From NCBI GenBank assembly GCA_905178155.1, contig CAJINV010000010.1, forward strand, positions 3,306,587-3,370,586: a stretch of 64,000 bases of DNA, in the 5' to 3' direction. Below the pieces are notes generated by a model. The model made no database searches. It was not told where the DNA came from and worked only from the letters and a program-made list of their open reading frames with translations. Positions 37,269 to 49,126 of the stretch are shown here, in pieces. Each line of letters opens with the position of its first letter. The stretch's first letter is position 1. The stretch comes from Amoebophrya sp. A120 (lineage: Eukaryota; Protista; Dinoflagellata). Made by a program: the position numbers and the translations under genes.

Positions 37269-40200
37269 GAATGAATGAATGATTTACCCAACTGACGGGG
37301 TTAGTGGAGAACTAGTAGTACTACTGCTCGACGTCACTAGTTTCTCCAAGGGGAAAGGCGAACTTCTTGCCTTTGCACCACTTCTCGCGCTTCTTCATCT
37401 TTTCCACTTTCTTTTCCACCGCCTTGCAATAGTGCAACTGATCCTCATCATCTCCTTGCAGCTGTATCCGAAAAGCCGTGCACTTTCTGCACTTAATCCC
37501 CATCTTATTATGTCGCGTCCGGTATTCTGCTGCGCGGGGGATGATAATGGCACAGCTGTGCGCGTCGCTGCCTGCAGTAAATTTGCCCCGCCCCTCATCC
37601 CATATGTGCTGCTGCGGCCTGAATTCCGACGTTGCAAAGCGTTCCCCTGTTGTCGCGTCCGTTCGGTAAATTTGCCCCAAGGTTTGATACTCTTCATTCT
37701 CGTGGGCCTGCGCGTGTAGTGCCATGGCGCCTGCTGATGACGTAAAGTCTCGACTGCAGATCGTGCAAGTAATTTGCGGCACCCTTTTTGTCCTCCCTCT
37801 CGGTAGCCGGCCCTTTGCTGGCTTCTCGCGAAGGCACTCATGCTGCTGTATGATTTCCCTGCGGATCTGTGCCGATTTTTCCCCATCAATGTCTTCATTG
37901 TACTCCCGGGCTTCATCTAGACGATCAGTTTTGGGCTCCACTGCAGCATGTTCGCGCGAAACATGGTCAAGAAACTCCGGCGGCAGTCCAACTACCGAAT
38001 CTAACGCCCTCCACTCATCGTCGCTCCGAGCACCAAACTCTGAAGCATCCGGAGAACACCAAGGGCATTTTTTGGCTCGATACAAGTACTGCGGCGCGCC
38101 TGTCGGTCGGTCATACCCTGCAAGCATCGCAGCCGGATCGTAACCCCCGGCCACTGCGTCTTTTCTGATTTGCGCCCTCGTCGTCTTCGGTCCATTCTCA
38201 GTCCCAAAATATTTTATAGCAAGATAATCTAGATGCTCCTCGTCCAAGAGTGTTTTTTCAGCCGGCCGCTTTTCTGATTTCGACCAATCCGCGACGCACT
38301 CTCGAATGTGCTGCCATCTCGTTACCACATAAAAAAGTCGCTTGTTCTTGTTGTGCAAACTGTCCGGCCCTTTCAAATCCGGCCGAGCTTGGGCGCATTC
38401 CTCTGGTGACATGAAAATCTGTTCCATAACGTGTGAGCTGAGACCACACTTGTCTTGCATGTAGCCAACGCAATCCTCTAGCAACGACGTCGCGCATCGC
38501 GATTTCGGGCCCAATTCTTTTAAGTTTTTCACTGAGCGAATGAAGTCCGTGGGCTTCGTCATCATCGCCGGAACAAAGTATCCCAAAAGCGCCTTCCTGG
38601 TGAAGTCTTCCTTCGGTTTTCGTAAAATGTGCCCGATGTGTCGCAGCTGTAAAAACCGGAGATGCGCCCCCAGCGGTGGCAGCTTCAGGCGCCTACGAAT
38701 TTCTGCGTCACTAATACGCTCCGACTTCTTTACCCAGAGCGGCATCTGCAAGAGCCGCATGGCAAACTTTATCTCTTCACCTTCCAACTTTTTGACTTCT
38801 TCCGGCCGCACATATCGCGAGGTGAGGCCATAGGTCAAAATCGTCCGCAACATGATAGGAATGAGCTCGCCTCGCCGTTTGTTTGTGAGTCCCTGAATTC
38901 CTGCCATGTGAGCGGCTAAAGTGTGATACGCTTTCCACGCCTTCTTGATTTTGTACTCAATGTCCTTGGTTTCGTCTGACATAACTCCGAGGTTTTTCGC
39001 AACCAGCCGCACGATGTTGCCCTGAATCCGCTTGCTCTTGTTTTCCCGCATGCCTGATTCTGCTAGTGCCTGCGACAGCGAGCGCACGACTTCGGTTTCA
39101 AACAATCGGCGGGACCGGTGGTTTCTTTTCGCCATTTTCCTTGTCCGTTTTTTCAATTTCCCCGATTGCTTTCGTGGCCATCTGGGTGAGTAGCGTCGTG
39201 TCGTCCGCAAAGAGCAAACTCCTCAGAGATGTGAAGGCCGTAAAATTTCCGGGCTGGTTTTGGTTTAGCAACAGGTCCCAGATTCTCTCTTCTCGCTTCC
39301 ACGCTATCCCCCTCGGCTTCGTGACTAAATTGACCCCGAGCCGCTGCGCCACTGGCCTTCTGTTCACCATTGCCGCCGCCGTCTTTGCTTCGTGAATTTC
39401 AAGGAAGCGCCGCATTACAACCGTATACGCTAGTAAAAACAATAGCGGCGACGTCACGCATCCTTCTTTACAGCCGTGCTCCAGCGTAAAGTCGTCCCCT
39501 CCGAGATTGTAGGTCGCATTCCTGTGGCTCGAGTCCATTACTTTCCAGAGTGCGGATTCTTCTAGCCCTAGCTGCTTCATCGTTGCCGATACACAGCGCC
39601 AGTCGATCGATGGAAAAGCTTTCCTGAGATCGATTAGTATCGGCATAAGATGCCCAGTTGACTTTTCTCCATCACCGTGCTGGTAGTGGACAAAGTCGCT
39701 CTTGAGTTTGTGGAAGACGGTAAGCGATTCGTGGCAGCCCATCCCGCGTCGAAATCCATACTGCGACTCAGGGAAAAAATTCTGCTTCTCCAACTCCTCA
39801 TACAACCGCGTGACAAACACTTTGCAAACCAGCTTATGAATGAGCGGGGATACAATTATGAACCGATAATTGTCGACATCCTCTGGACTTCCTCTGCCCT
39901 TGAACAATGGCGACGACCTGCATAAGTGCACTGCTCTCCCCAGCTCTTTCAGGTTCTTGCCCCTGATCTCGTTGTTGATGCAGTCTGTCAACAAGGCCAG
40001 CGATTTCTCGTCGACATATCGCAAAACGCCTGCTGTTAGTCCGCTTGCATCTTTCGCCCGGCCTCCTTTTCTTAGTTGCTTCGCCGCGGTGGCCAACTCG
40101 TCCGGCTCGATTGGCGCATCTAATTTCTCCAGTGTTTCGGCTGACAAGCGATCTACCAATCTGGGGATATGCTGCTCGATGTCCAGCGCCTGGCCGTTCG

Positions 40201-40806
40201 GTACTGTTGGCGACGATCCCACTGACTTCATCTGGATCTCGACTTGCTTCGGTGTGATTGCGCACGTTTTGTCCGCCTTGGACGCCTTTTGTTCTCGGCA
40301 ATGCTCCCAAAATTCCGCCCGGGTCTTCGCATTTTCCACTAAAGAGTCTGGATCTGCTGCAGCTGGGCCTTTTTTCTGTTTCTTGACCAGAAACCAGGGC
40401 GCGCGCTTCACGAGGAAACTCTGAAACTTCTCCATTCCAAACTCCGCTGGATTCTGCTCAATTTCTGCCTGCAGCTCGAGATTGAACTTTGCTACGGTCT
40501 TCGGATCGGGTTCCAACGTAAACTCCTTGGAATTTGCCTGCCGCTGAAGTCCTTCCCGCCGCATCTGTGCATGCCCCTTCACATCTACCTGCACCTCCAG
40601 CGCCTTATGGTCCAGACGCTTTGGCGCTGCTGGCTCTCCGGTCTGCGCCAATCCATTCGGATCGAATCTGCGGTAGCTTCTGAATTTTGATAAGAAGCGG
40701 CCATTAGTTAGAAAATGATCCAGCTCGTTGCCCTCTCTTGTGGCGGACGACTCTCCGGGGTCTGCGTCAAAATGCGTACCGACGAGCACGGTGTTGAGTG
40801 CTAGCA
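37269..40806 (-). mobile_element. 5'-truncated non-LTR retrotransposon (APE C-terminus + reverse transcriptase + C-terminal Cys/His fingers), RTE-like, (TCAT)n tail
   Basis: ELDHFL...DHKAL (APE end); PLFKGRG..NYRFI, QYGFR, IDLRKAFPSI, GCKEGCVTSPLLF and LFADD; one frameshift near 39105; CPWC..H..H and CTIC..H..H motifs; stop at 37321; plus-strand TGAATGAATGAATGA at 37268-37282. Confidence 0.92.
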
Positions 40807-41674
40807 ACGCCAGTATTCCGTCCAGTATTACGCCAGTATTGCGTCCACGAAAACTCGATCTCACTTTGGATGGCGCGCATCCGCGCGAGTCTCGTCTCCT
40901 CACTAAGGCTGAAGATCCTTGCTGTAGCATCCTGGGCACACCCGCTGCCACACGCAGTGTCGTTTGGCCGCGGCATGACTGCTGCTCGTGTCCCTTCCAA
41001 GCTCCGCGGACGCAAATCATCCCGCATCTGAGCGACATGCGCGGGACGCCGACGGCCCGTGGTCGCATCATCCAGCAGAGCATCATCTGCAGAAGAGGAC
41101 GGTACAAATTCTGCCTGCGGACGCCGCCGCTTTCGAAACGAGTCGGAAGTACGTAGCGGCAGATAATATCCTCCTGCCTCCGTGACTGGTGGTTCTTGGA
41201 CTTGTAGGTCCTTTGTAGTCGCACCTTCCTTGCTGTCATCAACCAGAAAACCCAAGTTCCGGAAAATTTGTTCCGGCGCAACGAACAAGTTGCCCCAGCT
41301 TCCGAAGGCTGCGGAGGAGAGGAGGATCAACACGACTAGCACGACAAAACAACTGAACAATACCGCGGTCCGGGCGATGGTGCTTCTTTTACTACAGGAG
41401 ACTATAGTCGAGATCGAGTCGATAGTTGTTGAATGAGCTTCCTCAGCGTCAGCACCAGGTCTCGAGTACAAGGAAATAAATCCGTGTAGAGTCGATCGTC
41501 CCATCCCGGAACGAGGCTTCATCTCGGCTCTGGTGGCAGCTCCCGGTGGTCCCTGGCCGTTCTGAAAACATGGGGTGCTCGTGGTCGTGATTACTGTATC
41601 ATCTGCGACACGAAAAAATATTTCTGCATCTTCTTCCCCCGCTTCGTCCACAAACGTCCGCAACGGATCACCCT

Positions 41675-41930
41675 TATCAAATGTAAAAGTGTCTGGGTCT
41701 GGAAGAATGCATGTTTGTCATGCTTGTCTGGCATGACTCTTAAAATCTGTCATGCACGTTACCCAAGAGCTCCGTCTTTCTGTGATGCAGAAGCGCAGTT
41801 TGTCATGCAGAATAGGCAACACCTAGAAGCTCAGAAACTTGTGATGCTGAGCCATCATGTCTGGCCTCATCATGAGACGCCACCCAGCATCACAAGTTTC
41901 CAGACAACTCAGACACTTTTACATTTGATA
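41675..41930. mobile_element. TIR introner in the GH47 5' coding region
   Basis: TATCAAATGTAAAAGTGTCTG is inverted at both ends. TSD ACCCT/ATCCT. In-frame join LFSNEGDPLR. Confidence 0.85.
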
Positions 41931-41993
41931 ATCCTCATTGGAAAACAATGGATTTTCCGCGCAGCCTGACCCTGGTTTGAATGACGAGCTGCC

Positions 41994-42274
41994 TATCCTG
42001 AGTAAAACCGTACCCACACCAGAGTTGTAATGCAGATTTGCAAAGACAGGAAGACTTGTAATGCGCATCCCCATGAGGCCATTTCCAACCGTGTTTTGGA
42101 ATTTGTGATGCTGTGCTCAGGATGAGCAGATGAATCTGTGACGCGGCTGCACTTGCTAACCTGCATTACACTGCAGAGTGCAACTTGTCATGCGTGACTC
42201 ACAAAACTCCTCGGTTTGTGTTGCAAAATCCCCATCCTGACTCTGGTCGTGTGGGTACGTTTTTACTCAGGATA
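41994..42274. mobile_element. Young TIR introner with a perfect 5-bp TSD (CTGCC)
   Basis: TATCCTGAGTAAAA(C/A)CGTACCCACAC is inverted at both ends. CTGCC lies at 41989-41993 and 42275-42279. In-frame join SRPGSSSFKPG. Confidence 0.92.
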
Positions 42275-42617
42275 CTGCCCGGCCGAGAATCTTGCTGGCG
42301 CTGCTTCAGCTTGTTCAGCGGGGCCGTGAGCAGAGAAGCAAAGTAGTTGCTAGAGGTAGTTCCCCCCATGATGGTTTCCAGAAAAAATGCTACTACTCTG
42401 CTCCGACTTCTACGGGAACTATTCGCTAGCCCCTCGCGTCCCAAAAGTATTGAAATGTAAAATCCCAGCGGGATGTTTGAATTTTAGCACTGTAACGATG
42501 CGAACTAAGATTTTTTTATGTAAATTCTACCTGACCTGCTTTGGGCCTGTTCAAGGACTACTGGGGGATTAGGAGGGGTGTGTACTGCCTTGCCTTCTGT
42601 TCACTTTTCTTCATGAA

Positions 42618-42656
42618 TCCGTTACTAATACGATTCAGAATCGTATTAGTAACGGA
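42618..42656. repeat. Perfect palindrome, 19-bp arms, 1-nt spacer
   Basis: TCCGTTACTAATACGATTC-A-GAATCGTATTAGTAACGGA. Confidence 0.95.
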
Positions 42657-43834
42657 AGTCGAAGTATAAGTATATAAAAAACTAGCATACATGAGGAAGG
42701 ACGAAGAAGAAAAGAAGGGAAACTACGACTGACCACGAGGGTGCACGAAAACGACGCCAGACCGAGACCCTGATCTAGATGGAGTCAGTGTCAATGAATA
42801 AGCTCAGTTGCGCACCATACTCTTTTCTGTCGCAAGCAGCTGTCTGGCAGCTCGACGAGTACCGAAGTAATACCAAGAAATCGCGGTCAACATCGCAACG
42901 CATTCAGACAAACTTTGTTGTTGCCCGAGCAACACCGCGGCCGGATGACTATTGTGTTTTGCACGACACGAAGGAATGCGGCCCAGCTTATATATAATGG
43001 TTGGGATGATGAACGACACTGGAAGAAATCAGCGGACGCTTTCGGTACGAAATTTGTGCACGCACCGTTCACAAGCTGGCGACTGCCAGTACGTACCGAC
43101 ATGCACAACTGTCACGATGGCATCACCTCGCACGCAGGATGTGAGACGCTGGCTTCGAAAGGCTTGTGCTGCGACCGACAGCTGCGACACAACAGTGTAT
43201 ATTCCAAATTCGAATGCTTCCATTCCGAGACGTATTTGCCGAGGCCTAGAAGTTTACAAGTTTGCGGGCAATTTTTCATACTGATCTTGGGAATGCAACC
43301 GGTCCCTGTCGTACTGGAGACCCGAGGCTTGCCTGTGCCAGGCAGCACTGTGCAGTACTTCGCCTTCCCTTCGTCCAGCATGACGACTTGATTTGGATAC
43401 GCATCTTCTGCACTACAAGTCTCGGCTTGACGAGTATAGGCAGGCGAGATTTTTCATTGTGATCGATAAAGCAGCTCTGTTGTGGACCGACGATGCGGTT
43501 ACATACGAGATGTTGAAAAGTAGCCGCCCTTGCAGCGCAAACACGATCTTCGCGAGGAACAAGAAGTCGCAACAATTTTGCGCCCATCACCTCCATTGGC
43601 CTCCACTCTCGAGTAAAACGAAGCTACAACATGAAAACCCCGGGGGATATCATGATCTGAACGAGACGTAGAAAAGGTGCGGTCTACCTTTCGAGAGAGA
43701 ACTATCGCCGCCCTACTTGTTTTCGTTTCCTAGGTGTGATTTGAGTAGGGGGTACCTATGTCTACATGAAATCTTCAAGTGGAGGTTGGGATTTTTGTTT
43801 TTCGGGGAAAAATGCGTTTGCGAATCGGGAGAGA

Positions 43835-44030
43835 TAGCACAGATAGAAACTCAACTGATGGCGCCATATTAAATACTCAATGTAGAGCTGCGCCTTCTCT
43901 TGGCGCTTTGAACTTATTTTGTGCACGTGTGGGCCTACAAAGTGAAAATTGTGGAGCTCAAATGAATACAAAAGGAAACTTAAACTTTGTGGAATAGCAG
44001 CCCTGCTTCACGGTGGATAAGCTACGCACT
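43835..44030 (+). repeat. Dispersed module shared with ~25840-26090 and ~31770-32045
   Basis: GAACTTATTTTGTGCACGT, AAAGTGAAA..GTGGAGCTCAAAT and TAGCAGCCCTGCTT are collinear. Confidence 0.65.
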
Positions 44031-44932
44031 ACTGTGCAGTGGCGGGCGAAGAGATCCAAAAGTTCTGTTATCGTCCTTTTGCTTTTCCGAGATATTCCGA
44101 AGGGGCTTACTCCTGATAGAATGGTGGTGCTGAGTGTGTAGACCAATAATTCGAAAGTAAGTAGCCCCTCCACGTTACAACCTTCGGATTTTATCCCGCA
44201 ATGGCCACACAAATCAGGCATGGGAAGCCCTGAGATATCTCTACCGGCACTGGCACATTAGTAATTCATGTGGTTATGGTTTAAGCAAAATAAGAATAAC
44301 AGAGGACAGGGCTGCTTGTTAGAAAAAAATTGAGGCTGTTTGTGTGTTTGTATCGTTGGATTCGTGGCATCCGGTTGAAGGTTTTGCCCTCTTCTCACGA
44401 TTCTAGAGCTATTTCAAGGAAAAAGCATCTTGTTGCCAAAGAGCCTTTGGCTTAGACCTGAAAAAAAGAAAGCTAGAGACAGCAGAAGTCCTGCTATAAA
44501 ACTACTTATAAATTAAGGTTGAAAAGTCAAAAAGTTGAAGTCGAAAGTTTTTAGAGTTTAAAGTTTACTTGAAGCGATTCTGTTTTAAAAGCAGAACTTG
44601 TTTTTGAGAAATCTTGTTCCGTTGCGAAAAACGAGTAAAAGACTCTAAAAGCCTGGTGCAAAAAATGAAAGCGCTGCTGAAAGTCTAAAAGTGAGAAACC
44701 TAAAAGTTGTGTTGCGACGGGGAGAAACCGTTTTTTTGTTCAAGTGAAATTGACTTTTTTTCTACTTTATTTTACGTTTTGCTACTACTCCCTTTGCTGT
44801 GGATGTTCTACATCGAAATCTACTCTAAAAAGGTCTTCGTCGATCGTTCTTGAAGGCCGGCATGAGGAAAGATAAACGCTCCACACCTCGTGATCATGTG
44901 GTCGCGCCTTTTCGCGCATTGCTCGCCTTTTT

Positions 44933-45202
44933 TATGCACTGCAAATATGTCTGGGTCTGGCTCTGGAAGATTGCCAGGTTTGTCATGCATAGTTCGCGTT
45001 GCCCATGATACCTGTAGTGCATGACACAGATTTTTAGAGGGCGTCCTGATGCCTATTCCGCATGAGGAATCCCCCCCAGCGTAGCACAAACTGGAGTCCT
45101 CTTGCTGGTCATGCAATACAGATTTTTTGTTTTCAGAATCCAAAGATAGCATCACAGGTTGCAATCTTTATCTTCCAGACCCAGACATATTTGCATTCGA
45201 TA
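44933..45202. mobile_element. Non-coding copy of the TGCAAATATGTCTGGGTCTGG TIR family
   Basis: TGCAAATATGTCTGGGTCTGG ... CCAGACCCAGACATATTTGCA. Lies 3' of the LicD stop; no clear TSD. Confidence 0.8.
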
Positions 45203-45310
45203 ATAATGAATTTGTTCTTCTTATATAAAACTTTGGAGGCTGGAAACGTCGGCAAGGTGGCCCGCGTAGAGTTGAAAACCCGAAGCGCCGCCAACAGCGT
45301 CGCGCACGTT

Positions 45311-48300
45311 TCAGCACTCATCGTGCGCTGCTTCCCCGAACATCAAGTCCGGAACAACAGGACACAGCTTGGCACGCATTTCTGCCCGCGCCGCTTCGCA
45401 AGATTTGTCCTCGCAAGTGTCTCTCGACGCCTCCGACTCAATCTTGTGGCCCCATTTTTCCCAGCGCAAGGGCGTGAAATAAGACACGCCATAGTGCTCC
45501 TGCAAGTCTTCGCGCGCAGACGCGGCCGCCTTGACAATTCGGCCACCGAAAAACACGGGGCGAAGGGCCGGCGGATGTTCATCGACAACGCCGATATCAA
45601 CATGCACCGATCCATTTTGGACGGCGCCCGGCTGTTTGTTTTCAAATGTTCCAGTTATTTCGAAATTCCTCGGCCCGGGGCGCGGCTGAAAATTCATCGG
45701 GCCCAACCGCTGAAGAACAAGAAACTCCGAAGCCGCGCGCCGAAATTTCGCAGCATCGCTCCGCAGAAAGCTTGCGCCATCAGCTCCCCGTCCGCCATCT
45801 TCAACGCGCCGCTACAACTAGGAAAACCGCCCGCCACAAAGAACGTGGCCAAGCGCGGGCAGGAGACAACCAGTGGATGTCGTAGTGGGCAGCCAAGCGC
45901 GCGGCAAGAAGACTTGGGGCGGGCGGGCGGCCCGGGAGAAAAGGTTTCTCTTTTCCCGGATCGGGCGCAGGGCGCGCGCCCTACCTTCCCCGCAAAATTG
46001 GCGCGGCCGGGCCAATTGTAGGGCGCACCGGGGCGGCTGCGTGCGGTGCCAGAACTGCGGGGGGGCGGCAAATTACCGCCCGGTCCACCGCCCTTGGCCA
46101 GTTCTGCGGAGGCCGCCGCAACCTGACCGGGCCGCCCCCCCCCCGCCGCCCCGCTTGCGTGCAATTGCCGGGCGGATTCTGTCAAGGGGCTTCTGACCCG
46201 CACATCGCGCACCGGAAGAGGCGCACCATGCTCGGGATTTTCTGTGCGGCAACAACGAGGGCAGGGCGCCCCGCAACAAAGCAAGGGCCGCAGGCGTGTC
46301 GAATAAAGCAAGGCAAAAAAAAAGGCGGCCGGCGCGCCCTAGCGACATACACTGGCTGCTGCCCGCCCTGCCCAGGCAAGATCGAGGCGGGCGGGCCGCC
46401 GCCGCGTGGGGCAGGGGCGTGTTTTTTTCTGAAAGCCGGCCGCTGGGCACTGATTTTTGCAGCGTGCGGGCGGCCCCGGCGGCGGCCGCCGCGCTTGCGA
46501 GAAACGGCTGGCGCCGGGCGTCGGGCGCGCGACCATTCGGTGGGGCGTGCGAACCTGTATGCCACAATCAAGGCCACGCCCCTGTGGATGCCCGCGCCGG
46601 GAACGCGGGGTCACCTTGATCACCCGGGCCGGCCTGTTAAAAAAAAAGCGCGGGAGCCGCTATTCCAAGGGCTCGGACCAAATTGGCGCACGCCACTCCA
46701 GGCAGAGCATGCGACCAGCTGTGCCGGCCCTGGCCAGGCTGCGCGAAAACAGAAGCGTAACACTGCGTGCCATTGCAGGTTTTTTGCATGCAGTTTTTCT
46801 TTGTGCAGCGCGCTAGCTAGCGGGATTGCCACTCGGCACAAACTTCACCCGCGTCGCACTCCGCGCCAAAAGAATTTCCCGCCCCCCGGCCCCGGGAAAC
46901 TAGTCGATCCCCCTGCCGCGCGGCCCCCCGGAACCAACCTCCAAAAGCCGCCGGCGGGGTGGCGCCTTCAAAGCAAAGGCACTACAGGCCGGGCGGCGGG
47001 GGCGCAGGCTGGCGGCCATCCAGACGCGCCGGCCCTGGCCCGGCGGGGCGAAATAAGAAAAGAAACAAAGAAAGGCGCGGCCGCGCCGCCGGGGGCGTCA
47101 TGCGGGGGGGGGGGCGGGCGGGGGCGTGGCCGTCCGAGGGCGGGGGGGCCCATCGCGCCGCCAGGCGCTTGAAATTTTACTTCGATGGGCGGGGCGGCGG
47201 GCCGCGGGACGGCTTTGGCCAGGGCGCGCGCCTAACAATCTTAGGCGCCCGGCAAGCGTGGTCTCGGGGCTTCCTTGGCGAACGGGCCGTCGGGCGGACG
47301 GAGCGCCTGTCTGAAAACGGCGGGCCGGCGCACGAAAGGGCCGGCGGGCGCCATAATCCTGCGCCCCGTCCAACCGCTGCCCCAAAATCTACGCCAGCCG
47401 CGAAACAACTGCGGGCCCAACCAATCCCGCGCCCGCGCCGGGGAGGTAGGAAGGGGCGGGGGGCGCCACACACACGACCGCAAACAAAGCAATTGGCGGC
47501 CGGCAGGCGTGTTAGCTGGGTGCGGCGCAATCGCTTGCTCAACTTCCCCGGCGGCCGCCTGCTCCCGCGGTGCTACCACCCAGCGAACCTACCGCGAGGG
47601 GCCGGGCGGCGGTGCACAGACAGTCTGAGCCCGCTCGGCAGTTGCCAAACGCCTGCATGCGATGTGCGCGCGGCCCGGCTTTAGGGCGGCGGCTTTCCTG
47701 GCGTAGCTCCTGCACTTCTGAAAAGCTGTCCGCCTTCTGCAGCAGAGCCTGCGGACCCACGGCGCCGCGAGTGGCTGCGCCATTTCCGCCGGCAAGCTGC
47801 GGGCCGGGTTCTTTCGGACCAGGCGAGGCGAGAGCGCCAAGGGCTTCGGCAATCAGAGGTGGGCAAACTCCGCGCGCGCGTAGGTGCGCTTCAACCGCCC
47901 GCGCCGCCGCGTCTTCCACAGGTGCACCGTCAGTCGCGGCGCGTGCTTCTAAAAATGCACCGGGGCCGCCATGCGCCGTGTTCGTTCCATTGCTGCTGCG
48001 AAAGCCCTGCGCCCACGCCCGCAGCTGGTCTCTCGCGACCTCCACAGACCCCGGCGCATACACGACCAGATCGAGGTCATAGTCGTAGCTCGTCATGCTC
48101 CCGCAGCGAATCGCGGCAAGAGCAGTGCCGCCGCTCAACTTGTATTCCAGACCGTACTTGTCGAACACATTGTCGGCGAGATCCCACAGGACCTGCGTTG
48201 TCTGCCTCATGCAACAGGTTGGTGTATAGCCGCGGGCAGTTTCCAACCTGCGCTCGATTTGCAGTCGCCCAGCTGCAGTTTTTTCGTCGATGCTGCCACA

Positions 48301-48654
48301 GAACCCAAGCTCGCCACGCCCCTGCATTTTGGTAAACTCACCCCAGCGCCCGCAGGTGCAGGCCTCGCCCCTGGCAACATCCTCTGCGGGGCCGCGGGCC
48401 TGGAAGTCCGCGCGCTCCCCGCCGATCGCTGCCGCCGACCCACTGCGCACGACTCTCTCCGGATTAAGAAAAATGCTGAGCCGCTTCAAGTCGGTGCCAT
48501 GCGCCGCCAATGGGTACTTGTCGTTCGCAGCAACCGCGGCAGCACTCTCTGTTCCGCTACCTTCCACCACGTCTGCAGGAGCAGCGCTCTTGCTGGCGGC
48601 CTGCTCTGTCAGCAGGGGGCCGCTTTGGAAAAATGTCTCAGCGCCGGCCGCTGT
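45311..48654 (-). CDS. LicD/fukutin-family nucleotidyltransferase-fold phosphotransferase domain
   Basis: YKLSGGTALAAIRCGSMTSYDYDLDL, then, after removing 45813-47705 plus 5 nt, VHVDIG..LRPVFFGG..DLQEHYGVSYFTP. The domain has no ATG or signal sequence of its own. Confidence 0.8.
45813..47705. mobile_element. Long (1.9 kb) GC-rich TIR introner in LicD
   Basis: TACAACTAGGAAAACCGCC versus right reverse complement TACGCCAGGAAAGCCGCC. Flanks GCCGC/GCTCC. In-frame join VQERVEDGG. Confidence 0.6.
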
Positions 48655-48659
48655 CGCGT

Positions 48660-49126
48660 TATCACCAGCTCAGGTGCTACAACGTTCTCAACCGTTACAA
48701 CTAGTCCTAGTGATGCTGGTCCCACTGTTAAATAACGAAGCGGCGTGGCCTCTATCTTGCGCCATGCCATATATTGCAATGCAAAGTCAAGAAGTATGAG
48801 AGACCACTGTAGCGGGCAAAAATGCAAACTAGCTTTGAGAGATCACTGTAGCGGGGGCGAGCTGCTACGAGTGAGGTCTGCGGCGCCTATCGTCTATGCT
48901 ATATACAGGCTTACGCCCTGAGGCCCAATGGATGCTGCCATAAGGGGCTAAAGCTTGCCCTTGTCTTGCGCGCTGTCAATGGCATGAGGAGATAGGCACA
49001 AGCAACATACATTGTATGTTATAAGCACCAGAGGCCCCGCCGCACACACGCGCACAACATACAACCAATAATACTAGGAAACACATCACACAAGAAAAAT
49101 GTGAGTACATAGCTGAGCCTGTAACA
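48660..49126. mobile_element. Degenerate TIR introner linking the transporter and LicD frames
   Basis: TATCACCAGCTCAG versus right reverse complement TGTTACAGGCTCAG. Removing 48655-49126 joins CPPW to TAAGAETFF in frame. Confidence 0.5.

Larger units (their letters stand above)
32577..42369 (-). pseudogene. GH47 class I alpha-1,2-mannosidase, multi-exon, coding exon interrupted by a LINE
   Basis: Motifs in order: type II TM (VLFSCFVVLVVLILLS), AIQSEIEFSWTQYWRNT|LNRDEV, FLVDGLDTL, VSFFETTIRRLGGLLGAY, LAEAGSNILEF, AGTDSYYEYLLKAW, MQHLGCYVPGM, LRPEILESLFY, ESFWLAETLKYLYL, LNTEAH. ATG 42369 is reached by removing two introners. The 3' end is uncertain. Confidence 0.85.

Noticed and set aside
37285-37320. 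CTAAC...CAG in the LINE 3'UTR that might let the LINE be spliced out
   Set aside because: In the GH47 frame this acceptor is followed almost immediately by TAA, so it cannot rescue the gene.
39098-41281. 727-aa ORF read as a full LINE ORF2
   Set aside because: The part above ~40807 is an alternative frame of the host GH47 exon; the LINE is 5'-truncated.
42779-43671. Cluster of short ORFs on both strands between GH47 and LicD
   Set aside because: No recognisable motif or consistent frame; possibly a decayed gene, but I cannot support a call.
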